This document shows, piece by piece, positions 15,437-25,009 of a DNA stretch of 37,229 nt; positions within the stretch are counted from its first letter, which is position 1; the number at the start of each line of letters is the position of its first letter. Below the pieces are notes generated by a model, which was not told the DNA's origin, made no database searches, and saw only the letters and a list, made by a program, of their open reading frames with translations. This DNA comes from a bacterium (GTDB lineage: Bacteria > JAMCPX01). Both the position numbers and the translations under genes were made by a program. The stretch spans positions 1-37,229 of the forward strand of contig JAJYLM010000002.1 in assembly GCA_021787655.1 (NCBI GenBank), given 5' to 3'.

Positions 15437-17359
15437 ATGCGGAAAAATATATGGTTTGACACAGCGCTTATCAGTATCCTGACGTTTGTCCTGCTTATCC
15501 CTGTCCTCGGCTTCGGGTTTGTCAATCTCGACGACAATTTCTACGTAACACGCAATCTTTATATCCGGCACCTGTCTGCTTCGAACATCCTGTATTTCTT
15601 CACATCGTTCCATCACGGCGTCTATGCGCCGCTGCAGTACCTGACGTATATGCTGGTCTACAGCGCCGCTGGTTACCATGCCCTGTGGTATCATGTGATT
15701 GGCATCCTGTGGTATGCTGCGACCGGCACGATGGTATACCTTCTCGTCAGCAGGATTCAGCACAGCAGGGTGGTTGCCTTTTTCTCAGCACTCCTGTTCC
15801 TCTTCTCCCCGGTCAATATCGATTCTGCAGCCTGGGTGGCAGAGCTGAAGAACACGCAGTCTCTGTTCTTTTTTTTGGTGAGCTTTTACTGTTATCTTCT
15901 TTTCCGTGAAAGCGGCCAGGGGAAGTCTCAGGGAGCCGGGCTGACGGGTCCCGCAGACAGTACGGCCATATCCGAAGCCGCACACACGCCATCTGCGGCG
16001 CAGAACACATGGATGTACGTGTGTTCCCTCCTCGCCTTCGTGGCCGGATTATTGGTAAAACCCCCGGGTGCAACCCTGCTATTCATGATGTTCGTGTATG
16101 ACCGTATGAGCAGGCACAGCACAAGGGACAGTCTGAAGAAGCTGTTCCCGTACATCGCGATAACCATCCCCTTCATGGTCGCCTACATGATAGGCCAGGC
16201 GACCATCGGTTCGTACCACGGTTTGATCCGGGGAAGCGTCTGGTCCCAGATAAAAACAATCGTATCAGTCGCAGCAGGTATTTTTAATTACCCGCTCAAG
16301 CTCATTGTCCCCTTCAACCTTTCTGTTGCATATCCCCTTGATGCACGAATCAGTGCTGCGGTGTTCGTTTCCGGCATAGCTGTTCTCGTGCTGATGGCAG
16401 CCGGAATCCGCCTGCTCCTGAAACGCAACGACCGGCGTCCTGCGTTCTGGGCATTATGGTATTTCGTCAACATGCTTCCGTACTTCGGGATCATTGCCAT
16501 GCCCTTTTTTGCAAACTGGTACCTGTACATCCCTTCCATCGGTCTCTATACGCTCCTCGTCATCGCTATCGACAGCATCCCCGGCAGGACGCTGGCGCGG
16601 GGCGTGCTCGTCGTTGTCGTGATCCTGTTCGGCGTCCTGGGGTTCGAACGGCAGTTTGTCTGGAGAAGCGACCAATCCCTGTGGGAGAGCTCTCTGAACT
16701 CAGCCGGAAGCGACTCCTATATCGTGCGGAACCTCGCAATAAGCTATTTCCGGAACAATGAGAACGCCAGGGGCATCGAGGCCGGCAACGAACTGCTCAG
16801 GAAAACACCCGACTTTGTGATGATGAAATATCTCATCGGAAAAGGATACGCGGGTATGCAGGAATACGCCCGGGCGCAGGAGGTCCTGAACGAAGCACTG
16901 GATCAGCTTGCAGCCCTGGAAAAAACAGGAAATGCAGGTGCGGCAGTCATGCCGGGACTCGGCAATACACCCGCTGAATTAACGGCCATGATCTATACGG
17001 AATTGGCGGACATCCGGCTGTCTCTGCACCAGCCCGATGCTGCGCTGCCGCTGTACATCAAAGCCACCACTGCAGCACCCTATGTACCTGCCTATGACAA
17101 GCTGGCATACCTGTATGTCAGGTCAGGCAGGATCGCAGATGCGAAAGCGGCGCTTGACACGGTCACCGCGCTGAAGCCCGATGACCCCGAACCGTGGCGC
17201 ATGCTCGGCTTCGTGATGGCTCAGTACTATGGCAATCGTGCGCTCGCCGCTGCGTATTTCAGGAAAAGCCTTGCATTGAATCCCGGGCAGGCCGACGCTG
17301 GAGAGATGCGTGCGCAGATCAGGGCGTGGGAAACAGCAGGAGCGCCGGGCAAACCGTAG
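15437..17359 (+). CDS. Second TMTC-like GT-C glycosyltransferase with a C-terminal TPR domain
   Basis: FVNLDDNFYVTRNLYI and APLQYLTYMLVYSAAGYHALWYHVIGILWY sit in the N-terminal polytopic part. The C-terminal part has TPR-like repeats (...GKGYAGMQEYARAQEVLNEAL...YFRKSLALNPGQA). It is a distant paralog of 6694..8625. Confidence 0.7.
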   Translation: MRKNIWFDTALISILTFVLLIPVLGFGFVNLDDNFYVTRNLYIRHLSASNILYFFTSFHHGVYAPLQYLTYMLVYSAAGYHALWYHVIGILWYAATGTMVYLLVSRIQHSRVVAFFSALLFLFSPVNIDSAAWVAELKNTQSLFFFLVSFYCYLLFRESGQGKSQGAGLTGPADSTAISEAAHTPSAAQNTWMYVCSLLAFVAGLLVKPPGATLLFMMFVYDRMSRHSTRDSLKKLFPYIAITIPFMVAYMIGQATIGSYHGLIRGSVWSQIKTIVSVAAGIFNYPLKLIVPFNLSVAYPLDARISAAVFVSGIAVLVLMAAGIRLLLKRNDRRPAFWALWYFVNMLPYFGIIAMPFFANWYLYIPSIGLYTLLVIAIDSIPGRTLARGVLVVVVILFGVLGFERQFVWRSDQSLWESSLNSAGSDSYIVRNLAISYFRNNENARGIEAGNELLRKTPDFVMMKYLIGKGYAGMQEYARAQEVLNEALDQLAALEKTGNAGAAVMPGLGNTPAELTAMIYTELADIRLSLHQPDAALPLYIKATTAAPYVPAYDKLAYLYVRSGRIADAKAALDTVTALKPDDPEPWRMLGFVMAQYYGNRALAAAYFRKSLALNPGQADAGEMRAQIRAWETAGAPGKP

Positions 17360-17422
17360 GTACACAATCGAATGAGCCCACCCCGCAAAAAAACGGTTGC
17401 TTCTGAAAAACCACATGATGTC

Positions 17423-17454
17423 ATTCCCGTGGAAACGGGAATCCACTTTTTTTT
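17423..17454 (+). terminator. Rho-independent terminator after the TMTC-like gene
   Basis: ATTCCCGT (17423-17430), loop GGAA, ACGGGAAT (17435-17442), then a TTTTTTTT tract at 17447-17454. Confidence 0.8.
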
Positions 17455-17599
17455 CGTATGAAAACTGTTTCTGGCGTGACACTGCCGTGGAAATGACAGA
17501 AAACTGGCAGAGTCTGTTACCCTCTACCAACCGTCAAAAACGGTGGGTTTCTACGTCAATCTAAAAAGAACCACGGTCTTTGGAAATGACACGCTTAGA

Positions 17600-20032
17600 T
17601 TAATTGCTGGGATGGGACTGTGCCGGCGGGAGCGGGATGTTATGGAGCTGATCCACAGCAGGGAGATCGACATTTTTTTCCGCTCTCCCCTTCCAAATCT
17701 TGTCTGTGGTATCGACCCGTAACGCCTTTTCTATGACCTGATCCATGTTCTCGACGAACTCGATCTTGAGCGCTTTCTTTATGATATCGGGTATCTCTGC
17801 AATGTCCTTCTCGTTGTCCCGGGGTATGAGGACCTCCCGGATCTGTGCGCGCATTGCTGCCATGAGTTTTTCTTTCAGTCCGCCGATCGGAAGGACCCTG
17901 CCCCGCAAGGTGATCTCGCCGGTCATGGCAAGGTCCCGCTTGACCGGAATCCTGGTCAGCGCTGAAACCAGCGACGTCGCCATGGTAATGCCCGCAGACG
18001 GACCGTCCTTGGGTATTGCACCTTCAGGGATATGAATATGCACGTCGATCCTTCTGTAAAACCCGCTCTTCAGGCCAAGGTCTGCTGCAATGGTCCTGAC
18101 ATAGCTCATCGCTGCACTCGCAGATTCCTTCATGATATCGCCCAGCTTGCCGGTGACCGTGAGCTTTCCTTTGCCGTTCAGCACCGCTGACTCTATCGCG
18201 AGTATATCCCCGCCTGCCTCTGTCCATGCAAGGCCTGTCGCAACACCAACGAGGTCCTGCTCCTCGAGTTCGCTCCTCGTAAACCTGGCAACACCGAGGT
18301 ATCTGCCGAGGGTGGCAGATGTAATCGTGGTTTTTTGTTTCCTTTTCCCGGTCTCAAGGTTATGTTTCGCCACTTTTCTGAGGATCGTTGCAAGTTCCCG
18401 CTCGACGTTCCGCACCCCTGCTTCGCGGGTGTAGTCCCTGATAAGCTGGACGATCGCGCCCTTGGTAAACACGGCCTGTCCGGGCGTCAGTCCGTTGGCC
18501 GTCAGCTGCTTGGGAATAAGGAATTTCCGTGCAATATTGAGTTTTTCAACCTCGATATATCCCGGCAGCCGAATGATCTCGAGACGATCGATCAGGGCCG
18601 GCGGTATGCCTGCCATGGTATTCGCCGTCGTAATGAACATGACCTTCGAGAGATCGTAGTCGAGGTCGAGGTAGTGGTCGTTAAATGCGTGGTTCTGTTC
18701 CGGGTCGAGCACCTCGAGCAGTGCAGCAGAGGGGTCTCCTCTGAAGTCCATGCTCATCTTGTCGATCTCATCGAACAGGAAGACCGGGTTCGACGAGCCT
18801 GCCTTGCGCATGGATTGGATGATCTTGCCCGGCAGCGCGCTCACATACGTCCTGCGGTGCCCGCGTATCTCTGCCTCGTCCCGCACGCCTCCGAGGGACT
18901 GCCGTACAAAATTCCGTCCGGTTGCCTCAGCTATCGATTTTGCGAGGGACGTCTTGCCGACACCCGGAGGACCGACAAAACACAGGATCGGCCCTTTTGC
19001 CTCGGGACTGAGTGCTTTCACGGCGAGGAATTCCAGAATCCTCTCCTTGATCTGCTCCAGACCGTAATGATCCCTGTCGAGGATCTTCTTTGCCTCGTTG
19101 ATGTCCTTCTTTTCGTCCGTGTAATCGTACCAGGGAAGGGAGAGGATCCATTCGAGATAGCCGCGGACCACGGCAGCCTCGGCACTCATGGGAGACATCA
19201 TCCTCAGCTTCTTGAGTTCGCCTTTGCAGCGCTTCGCAGCCTCGTCCGACATCTTCTTCTTCTTGATGCGCTCTTCCAGTTCCTTGATCTCCGTCTTGAA
19301 TTCGTCCTTCTCACCCAGCTCTTTTTGGATCGCGCGCATCTGTTCGTTCAGGTAATATTCCTTCTGCGCCTTTTCAGTCTGTTTCTTGACCTGCGCCTTG
19401 ATCCTCTTCTCGAGGTCGATGATCTCCATCTCCCCGAAGAGCCTCTCCATGATCCGGGTCATGTATTTTTCCAGGTCCTCGATTTCCATCAAAGCCTGCT
19501 TATCGTCTGCCTTCATCTTGACACTGCCTGCGATGGTGTCCGCGACGACCTCGGCATTGTCCACAGAAGCGATATAGGTTACGATTTCCGGAGCGACGAG
19601 ATTGGTGTTCTTGGCATAGTCCGTGAACGCCGCAACGAGCTGGCGTTTCAGCGCCTCGATGCCGGGACTGCTGACCGCGCTGTCGCCGATGGCCTCGACC
19701 TCCACCTCTCCGTACAGTTCGTTCTCACGGTACGATGAGATCTTCGCCCGCCTGACCCCTTTGACGAGCAGCTTGATACTGTCACTCTCCATGATGTGGT
19801 GCTCGATGGAAGACAGTGTGCCGGCGATCCGGAGATCGTTCTCCGCCGGGTCCTCAATCTTCGGGTCCTTCTGCATCACCGTAAAAATCAGCGAGTTGTT
19901 CTTGATGGCCTCCTTGACTGCGTTGACAGACTTCTGCCTGCCCACGATCAGCGGTGTCGTCTGATGGGGAAAGACAACGATGTCCCGCAGCGGGAGTAAT
20001 GGTACCCTGATTTTTTCGGCTTTTCCGGTCAT
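17600..20032 (-). CDS. lon: ATP-dependent Lon protease (LonA)
   Basis: N-terminal LON domain ([14 protein letters not shown]), Walker [10 protein letters not shown], and the protease motif PKDGPSAGI with downstream IGGLKEK. 810 aa. The start overlaps the clpX stop (ATGA). Confidence 0.95.
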   Translation of the reverse strand: MTGKAEKIRVPLLPLRDIVVFPHQTTPLIVGRQKSVNAVKEAIKNNSLIFTVMQKDPKIEDPAENDLRIAGTLSSIEHHIMESDSIKLLVKGVRRAKISSYRENELYGEVEVEAIGDSAVSSPGIEALKRQLVAAFTDYAKNTNLVAPEIVTYIASVDNAEVVADTIAGSVKMKADDKQALMEIEDLEKYMTRIMERLFGEMEIIDLEKRIKAQVKKQTEKAQKEYYLNEQMRAIQKELGEKDEFKTEIKELEERIKKKKMSDEAAKRCKGELKKLRMMSPMSAEAAVVRGYLEWILSLPWYDYTDEKKDINEAKKILDRDHYGLEQIKERILEFLAVKALSPEAKGPILCFVGPPGVGKTSLAKSIAEATGRNFVRQSLGGVRDEAEIRGHRRTYVSALPGKIIQSMRKAGSSNPVFLFDEIDKMSMDFRGDPSAALLEVLDPEQNHAFNDHYLDLDYDLSKVMFITTANTMAGIPPALIDRLEIIRLPGYIEVEKLNIARKFLIPKQLTANGLTPGQAVFTKGAIVQLIRDYTREAGVRNVERELATILRKVAKHNLETGKRKQKTTITSATLGRYLGVARFTRSELEEQDLVGVATGLAWTEAGGDILAIESAVLNGKGKLTVTGKLGDIMKESASAAMSYVRTIAADLGLKSGFYRRIDVHIHIPEGAIPKDGPSAGITMATSLVSALTRIPVKRDLAMTGEITLRGRVLPIGGLKEKLMAAMRAQIREVLIPRDNEKDIAEIPDIIKKALKIEFVENMDQVIEKALRVDTTDKIWKGRAEKNVDLPAVDQLHNIPLPPAQSHPSN

Positions 20033-21288
20033 TTTGTTCCGCCTGCCTCTGCCTTCTTCTCATACGTGAGCAGCGGTTCGCTCTGTTTGAATATCACGTC
20101 CGCATTGATGACACATTCGTTGATATCGCTCCGGGACGGTATATCGTACATGATGTCGAGCATAACATTCTCCATGATCGCCCTGAGTCCGCGGGCGCCG
20201 GACTTTCTCCTGATCGCCTCTTTTGCAATGGACTCGATGGCATCGTGGCTGAACACGAGTTTCACCCCTTCCATGGAAAACAGTTTCTGGTACTGTTTGA
20301 TGATGGCGTTCCGGGGTTTGACCAGGATTTCCATCAACGCAGCAGCGTTGAGCTCCTCCATGGTCGCAAGGATCGGCACCCTGCCGATAAACTCCGGTAT
20401 CATGCCGTACCTGATGAGGTCTTCCGTTTCCACCATGGAGAGGATATCGGTCAGGCTCTTGCCCCTGACCCCCTTCAGGTCTGCCCCGAACCCCATGGAC
20501 TTGACGCCGATGCGCTTCGATATGATCTTCTCGATACCGTCGAACGTGCCGCCGCAGATGAACAGGATGTTCGATGTGTCCACCCGGAAATAGTCCTGCT
20601 CCGGGTGCTTCCTGCCGCCCTTGGGCGGTACGTTTGCAATCGTGCCTTCGATGATCTTCAGCAGCGCCTGCTGCACACCCTCCCCTGAAACGTCCCTGGT
20701 TATGGACGGGCTGTCCGTTTTCCGAGACAGCTTGTCGATCTCGTCGATGTAGACGATGCCCCGCTGCGCACGGGTGATGTCGTAATTCGCATTCTGGATC
20801 AGGCTGAGGATGATGTTTTCGACGTCCTCGCCGACATATCCCGCCTCGGTCAGCGTCGTCGCGTCTGCAATGGTGAACGGGACGTCGAGGAACTTCGCGA
20901 GTGTCTGTGCAAGCAGGGTCTTCCCGGTACCCGTGGGTCCCAGGAGCAGGATGTTGCTCTTCTGGATCTCCACATCATCGGTCTTCTGGTGCGATTCTAT
21001 CCGCTTGTAATGGTTGTGCACTGCCACGGAGATGATCTTTTTCGCTTTTTCCTGGCCGATGACGTACCGGTCGAGGAACGCCTTGATCTCCCCGGGCTTC
21101 GGCACCGCCTTCCTGATACCGAGCGTGTCCTGCTGTGTTTCATAGTCCTCTGCGATGATCTCGTTGCACAGCTCCACGCATTCGTCACAGATGAACGCGT
21201 TCGGACCTGCGATCAGTTTTTTGACCTCTTTCTGGGACTTGCCGCAAAACGAGCACTTCAGTATGCTTTCGTCCTTTTTAAGCACCAA
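20029..21288 (-). CDS. clpX: ATP-dependent Clp protease ATP-binding subunit ClpX
   Basis: Zinc-binding domain CSFCGK...CDEC, Walker A GPTGTGKT, and an IGF-type loop region. The TTG start at 21288 lies 7 nt after GGAGGT. An alternative start is GTG at 21285. Confidence 0.95.
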   Translation of the reverse strand: MVLKKDESILKCSFCGKSQKEVKKLIAGPNAFICDECVELCNEIIAEDYETQQDTLGIRKAVPKPGEIKAFLDRYVIGQEKAKKIISVAVHNHYKRIESHQKTDDVEIQKSNILLLGPTGTGKTLLAQTLAKFLDVPFTIADATTLTEAGYVGEDVENIILSLIQNANYDITRAQRGIVYIDEIDKLSRKTDSPSITRDVSGEGVQQALLKIIEGTIANVPPKGGRKHPEQDYFRVDTSNILFICGGTFDGIEKIISKRIGVKSMGFGADLKGVRGKSLTDILSMVETEDLIRYGMIPEFIGRVPILATMEELNAAALMEILVKPRNAIIKQYQKLFSMEGVKLVFSHDAIESIAKEAIRRKSGARGLRAIMENVMLDIMYDIPSRSDINECVINADVIFKQSEPLLTYEKKAEAGGTK

Positions 21289-21895
21289 TGCTATTACCTC
21301 CGACTGTTTTCAGTTCTTCGCGCTTGGTTATTACGCTGTCGATGATGCCGTACGCGATTGCATCTTCGCCGCCCATGAAGAAGTCCCGCTCGGTATCCGC
21401 GGCTATCCTCTCCAGCGGCTGTCCCGTATGAAAGCTCAGTATCTTATTGATCTCTTCGCGCAGTTTGAGAATTTCTTTGGCATGGATGTCGATCTCCGAG
21501 GCCTTGCCCTGCAGGCCTCCGGACGGCTGGTGTATCATGATCCGTGAGTTGGGAAGGGCGAACCTCTTGCCCTTGACCCCGGCTGCAAGAAGCACCGCCC
21601 CCATGCTCGCAGCCTGTCCCAGGCACATAGTGATGATGTTGGACCTGATGTACTGCATGGTATCGTAGATGGCCAGACCTGCCGTGACGACGCCGCCGGG
21701 TGAGTTGATGTACAGAAAGATGTCCTTGTCCGGATCTTCGGATTCGAGGAACAGCAGCTGTGCTATCACGATATTTGCAAGTTCATCGTCGATGGCAGAA
21801 CCGATGAAGACGATCCGTTCTTTCAGCAGGCGCGAGTAAATATCATACGCCCTCTCACCCTTGGACGTTTGTTCTACAACCATAGGTATCAGCAT
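21278..21895 (-). CDS. clpP: ATP-dependent Clp protease proteolytic subunit ClpP
   Basis: [24 protein letters not shown], catalytic Ser in GQAASMG, His in MIHQPSGG. The start ATG shares one base with the tig stop (TAATG). Confidence 0.95.
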   Translation of the reverse strand: MLIPMVVEQTSKGERAYDIYSRLLKERIVFIGSAIDDELANIVIAQLLFLESEDPDKDIFLYINSPGGVVTAGLAIYDTMQYIRSNIITMCLGQAASMGAVLLAAGVKGKRFALPNSRIMIHQPSGGLQGKASEIDIHAKEILKLREEINKILSFHTGQPLERIAADTERDFFMGGEDAIAYGIIDSVITKREELKTVGGNSIGA

Positions 21896-23151
21896 TATTT
21901 TTCTACCTTCTCTTCTATAAATTGGGCATTTTTCAGTATCAAATCAAGAATCTTCTCGTTGATCAGGTGCTGCCGGACCGTGTCCATGCTGTCGTCCTTC
22001 GTCAGTTTTTCCGTGATGTGTTCCGGGGTATCGTTGTTGTGTTGTGCGATGTGGGCGATCTCTGCCTTCACTTCTTCGTCGCTCAGCACGACATTTTCCT
22101 GGCTCTTGACGGTATCGAAGAATATTCTTGTCGTGAGGCCTATCCGGACATAGGTCTCGATCTGTTTCAGCCGATCCTCGATCTCCTGCTTGTTGTTCAT
22201 GCCGTACGCCCTCTTCAGTTCCTGGTCCTCGGTCGCAATATGTTCGAGCTCCTTCTTTACCAGTGATACCGGTAATTCCAGAGGATGCCGCTGGAGCAGC
22301 GCGGCTACTATCATGTCCTGATACATAAGCCGGTTTATCCTGTCTATCTCTTCTTCTATATCCTTTTTCAGCGCAGATTTCAACTCATCCAGGGTCGCAT
22401 ACATGCCGCTCGTCTTCGCGAGTTCGTCATCGATGGGCGGATACTTGATATACTTGATGCCTTTGAGCTCGAGCAGGAACTGTGCGTTCTTTGCCGGATC
22501 TGCGGTGATCGTCCTCTTTTCCCCGGTCAGCATACCGGTCACCTGATCGTACAGGTGCTTCCCGAGCTTCTCGTTCACTGCCCAGAGGAGGTCATCGTTG
22601 ACCTTTCCCGGCTTGCCGTTCCGGTCCAGTTCGGTCAGTTTGACCGAGGCCAGATCGTTTTCACGCACAGGGCGCTGCTCTTCCAGCGGCATCAGGACAC
22701 CGAGTCTTTTCTGGATCTTGACCAGGGCTTCCTGGACCTGTTCGTCCGTCACCGGCGGAACCGGAAGTTTCTTCAGTTCGATGCCCTTGAAATCGACGCG
22801 CTCGATCTCCGGAATGTTTTCGATGATGACCGTGTAGGTGAGATCCCCGTCGCCCGTATAATCGACCTTCTCGATCACCGGCGACCCCACGGCCTTTATC
22901 TTGGACTGCTCGAGCACGCTCCCGATCGTGTGGTCGATCACATCGAGCTCTGCCTCGTACTTGATGTCGTGTTCGAACTTGCTCTTGATGAGGGACTCAG
23001 GGACCTTTCCCTTCCTGAAGCCCGGGACCCGTGCACTCTTCTGGAACTCCTCGACTTTATGAGAAAGGGTATCCTGCACCACGTCCTTCGGTACCATGAC
23101 GGATACCTTTTTTCTGACACTGCTCTGCGTTTCCACTCCTAAAATTTTCAT
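21895..23151 (-). CDS. tig: Trigger factor (ribosome-associated PPIase chaperone)
   Basis: The ribosome-binding signature GFRKGKVP lies in the N-domain. The length is 418 aa and the gene sits in the conserved position upstream of clpP-clpX-lon. The SD AGGAAGG lies between the tRNA and the ATG. Confidence 0.9.
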   Translation of the reverse strand: MKILGVETQSSVRKKVSVMVPKDVVQDTLSHKVEEFQKSARVPGFRKGKVPESLIKSKFEHDIKYEAELDVIDHTIGSVLEQSKIKAVGSPVIEKVDYTGDGDLTYTVIIENIPEIERVDFKGIELKKLPVPPVTDEQVQEALVKIQKRLGVLMPLEEQRPVRENDLASVKLTELDRNGKPGKVNDDLLWAVNEKLGKHLYDQVTGMLTGEKRTITADPAKNAQFLLELKGIKYIKYPPIDDELAKTSGMYATLDELKSALKKDIEEEIDRINRLMYQDMIVAALLQRHPLELPVSLVKKELEHIATEDQELKRAYGMNNKQEIEDRLKQIETYVRIGLTTRIFFDTVKSQENVVLSDEEVKAEIAHIAQHNNDTPEHITEKLTKDDSMDTVRQHLINEKILDLILKNAQFIEEKVEK

Positions 23152-23176
23152 CCTGTAACCTTCCTGTGTTTTTATT

Positions 23177-23256
23177 TGCGAGGGAGGGGAGTTGAACCCC
23201 TACGGTTGCCCACCAGATCCTAAGTCTGGCGCGTCTACCAGTTCCGCCACCCTCGC
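23177..23256 (-). tRNA. tRNA-Leu: tRNA-Leu (anticodon TAG)
   Basis: The reverse complement reads GCGAGGGTGGCGGAACTGGTAGACGCGCCAGACTTAGGATCTGGTGGGCAACCGTAGGGGTTCAACTCCCCTCCCTCGCA. The acceptor stem is GCGAGGG/CCCTCGC. The anticodon stem is CCAGA/TCTGG with loop CTTAGGA. There is a long variable arm and a T-arm AGGGG-TTCAACT-CCCCT. No CCA is encoded. Confidence 0.9.
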
Positions 23257-23266
23257 CTCATAGTTA

Positions 23267-23295
23267 AAACTAAAATGTATTTTCACGAAAGTCAA
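23267..23295 (-). promoter_or_regulatory. Sigma70-like promoter for tRNA-Leu (and probably the tig operon)
   Basis: On the minus strand, TTGACT (23295-23290), a 17-nt spacer, then TAGTTT (23272-23267). The mature tRNA 5' end lies 10 nt downstream of the -10. Confidence 0.45.
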
Positions 23296-24977
23296 TGCAA
23301 CGGAGAAGTTCGTGGAACTCGTTGATCTTGGATCGGATTCCTACTACACTGCGCAGTATGAATACAGGTGAAGGGCAGCTGATCGGCGGCAGGTACCTCC
23401 TCAGACAGGAGATCGGCAGGGGGGGAATGGCGATCATCTATACCGGAACCGACACGGTCCTGAAGCGGGAGGTCGCGATTAAGATCCTGTACCCGCATTT
23501 TACTTCGGACAGCACGCTCACCCGCCGGTTCATCAACGAGGCCCGGATCATAGCCCGGCTCCAGCACAAGAGCATCGTCTCCCTGTACGACATTGCCCAG
23601 CACGAGGGTGTACCGTTCCTGGTACTCGAGTACGTGCGGGGGTATGATCTCAGGCGCATGCAGGAAAACCTCGTGCATGACGGGAAAAGGCTGTCACTCG
23701 AGACCGCCCTCCTCATCGCGTTCATCGTGTGTGATGCGGTTGCGTACGCCCATGCAGCGGGCGTCGTCCACCGCGACATCAAGCCCGAGAATGTCCTGAT
23801 CAGCACGAACGGCGAAATCAAGATCACGGACTTCGGCCTTGCGCATATTCTGACCGATACCCGCATCACCATGAGCGGCACGGCACTTGGCTCGCCGGAA
23901 TTCATGTCACCCGAGCACATCAACTCGGGTGAGATCACGAGTGCCTCGGACGTATTTTCCCTGGGCTCCCTGACGTACTGGCTCATCGCGGGCGTATCGC
24001 CGTTTGCCGCGGACAACACCATGTCTGTCCTCAACAACATAGCGCGCAACCGCTTTTCACCGCTGGGGTCATCCGGGATACCCGTCGATGCCCGCATCCG
24101 GGACATGGTCGCCGCCTGTCTGAATCCGCTGCCGGAAAAGCGGTACCGTGACGCCGGAGATCTGTGCAGCGCACTGGGCACCAGTGTCATGCGTTTCTCG
24201 AACGATCCCTTTGCAAGCTTCAGCGACTACGTGCGTGCACCAGCAGAAACGGAGCACGCCCTGCTCACCCGGCATACCGCAGCGAGGTACGAAGAGGCTG
24301 CGGCCTACATCCGGGCACAGAGCTTTGAGAAGGCAATCGCTGTTATCAGCGTCATGCTCGAATCCGGAGACGGACGCAGTGCTGCACTCGGACTGATGAA
24401 CAAGCTCAGGCGCAGGCGCGTAGGGAGATGGGTGCGCACGGCAGCAGAACTGGCCATGCTCTCGGCAGCCGTCCTGATGATCGCGAACGAGGAATATCGC
24501 GGACCACTCCCGGGAGAAGGCATTGCCCGTCCCGCAGGAGCACGTGTATCCGTTCCGGCAGGCAGCATCGGCTCTTCACAGCAGAAACCGGCAGGTACAA
24601 CTCAAGAAATGGCCTCTGTGCAGCACGGAACGAAACGCAGGGTTATCCGGCCCCAGATACCTGCTGCATCGCCCGCAGGCACGGCCCAAAGCACGGCACG
24701 CGCAGCAGCGTCAAGTCCTGATCTCAACCAGAACGGTCTGCATGCAGCAGACAAAGGTACACTGCAGATCATAACATACCCGTGGGCCATGGTATTCATA
24801 GATGACCGATACATCGGCGAGACGCCGAAGCTGAAGGATATCGACCTGTCCCCGGGAACTCACAAACTCCATCTCATGAACCCCTACCTCAAGCCGTTCA
24901 CGGAAACCATCACCATACTGCCGGACACGACGATAACAAAACGGGTAGACCTCAACGGGCCTTCACCGGTGCAGTAA
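23295..24977 (+). CDS. Hanks-type Ser/Thr protein kinase with a single TM helix and an extracytoplasmic PEGA-like domain
   Basis: Kinase motifs GRGGMAIIY, VAIKIL, HRDIKPEN, DFG and GSPEFMSPE. TM segment AAELAMLSAAVLMIA. The C-terminal LQIITYPWAMVFIDDRYIGETPKLKDIDLSPGTHKLHL is PEGA-like. The start is uncertain: ATG 23295 or ATG 23358 (MNTGEGQLIGGRY...). Confidence 0.85.
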   Translation: MQRRSSWNSLILDRIPTTLRSMNTGEGQLIGGRYLLRQEIGRGGMAIIYTGTDTVLKREVAIKILYPHFTSDSTLTRRFINEARIIARLQHKSIVSLYDIAQHEGVPFLVLEYVRGYDLRRMQENLVHDGKRLSLETALLIAFIVCDAVAYAHAAGVVHRDIKPENVLISTNGEIKITDFGLAHILTDTRITMSGTALGSPEFMSPEHINSGEITSASDVFSLGSLTYWLIAGVSPFAADNTMSVLNNIARNRFSPLGSSGIPVDARIRDMVAACLNPLPEKRYRDAGDLCSALGTSVMRFSNDPFASFSDYVRAPAETEHALLTRHTAARYEEAAAYIRAQSFEKAIAVISVMLESGDGRSAALGLMNKLRRRRVGRWVRTAAELAMLSAAVLMIANEEYRGPLPGEGIARPAGARVSVPAGSIGSSQQKPAGTTQEMASVQHGTKRRVIRPQIPAASPAGTAQSTARAAASSPDLNQNGLHAADKGTLQIITYPWAMVFIDDRYIGETPKLKDIDLSPGTHKLHLMNPYLKPFTETITILPDTTITKRVDLNGPSPVQ

Positions 24978-25009
24978 CGCCCGGGCCGCCCTGTTCCCTG
25001 CAGACCGCG

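Noticed and set aside
17488-17591. 11-nt direct repeat TGGAAATGACA (17488-17498 and 17581-17591), plus a related inverted TGTCATTCC at 17420-17428, in the TMTC/lon convergent spacer
   Set aside because: There are only two exact copies plus one imperfect copy in a terminator region. This could be chance or part of terminator structures, and there is no further evidence for an element.
18335-19738. 467-aa ORF antisense to lon
   Set aside because: It lies entirely inside the well-supported lon gene. The translation is Arg/Leu/Asp/His-rich low-information sequence typical of antisense frames in GC-rich coding DNA, and there is no SD.
22285-23142. 285-aa ORF antisense to tig
   Set aside because: The reasoning is the same as for the lon antisense ORF: it is a shadow ORF inside a confidently identified housekeeping gene, with an L/R/D/F-rich nonsense-like composition.
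23152-23300. tRNA-Leu as an integration hotspot or genomic island boundary
   Set aside because: There is no integrase, no direct repeat of the tRNA 3' end, and no compositional break. The tRNA 3' side runs straight into the conserved tig-clpP-clpX-lon operon.
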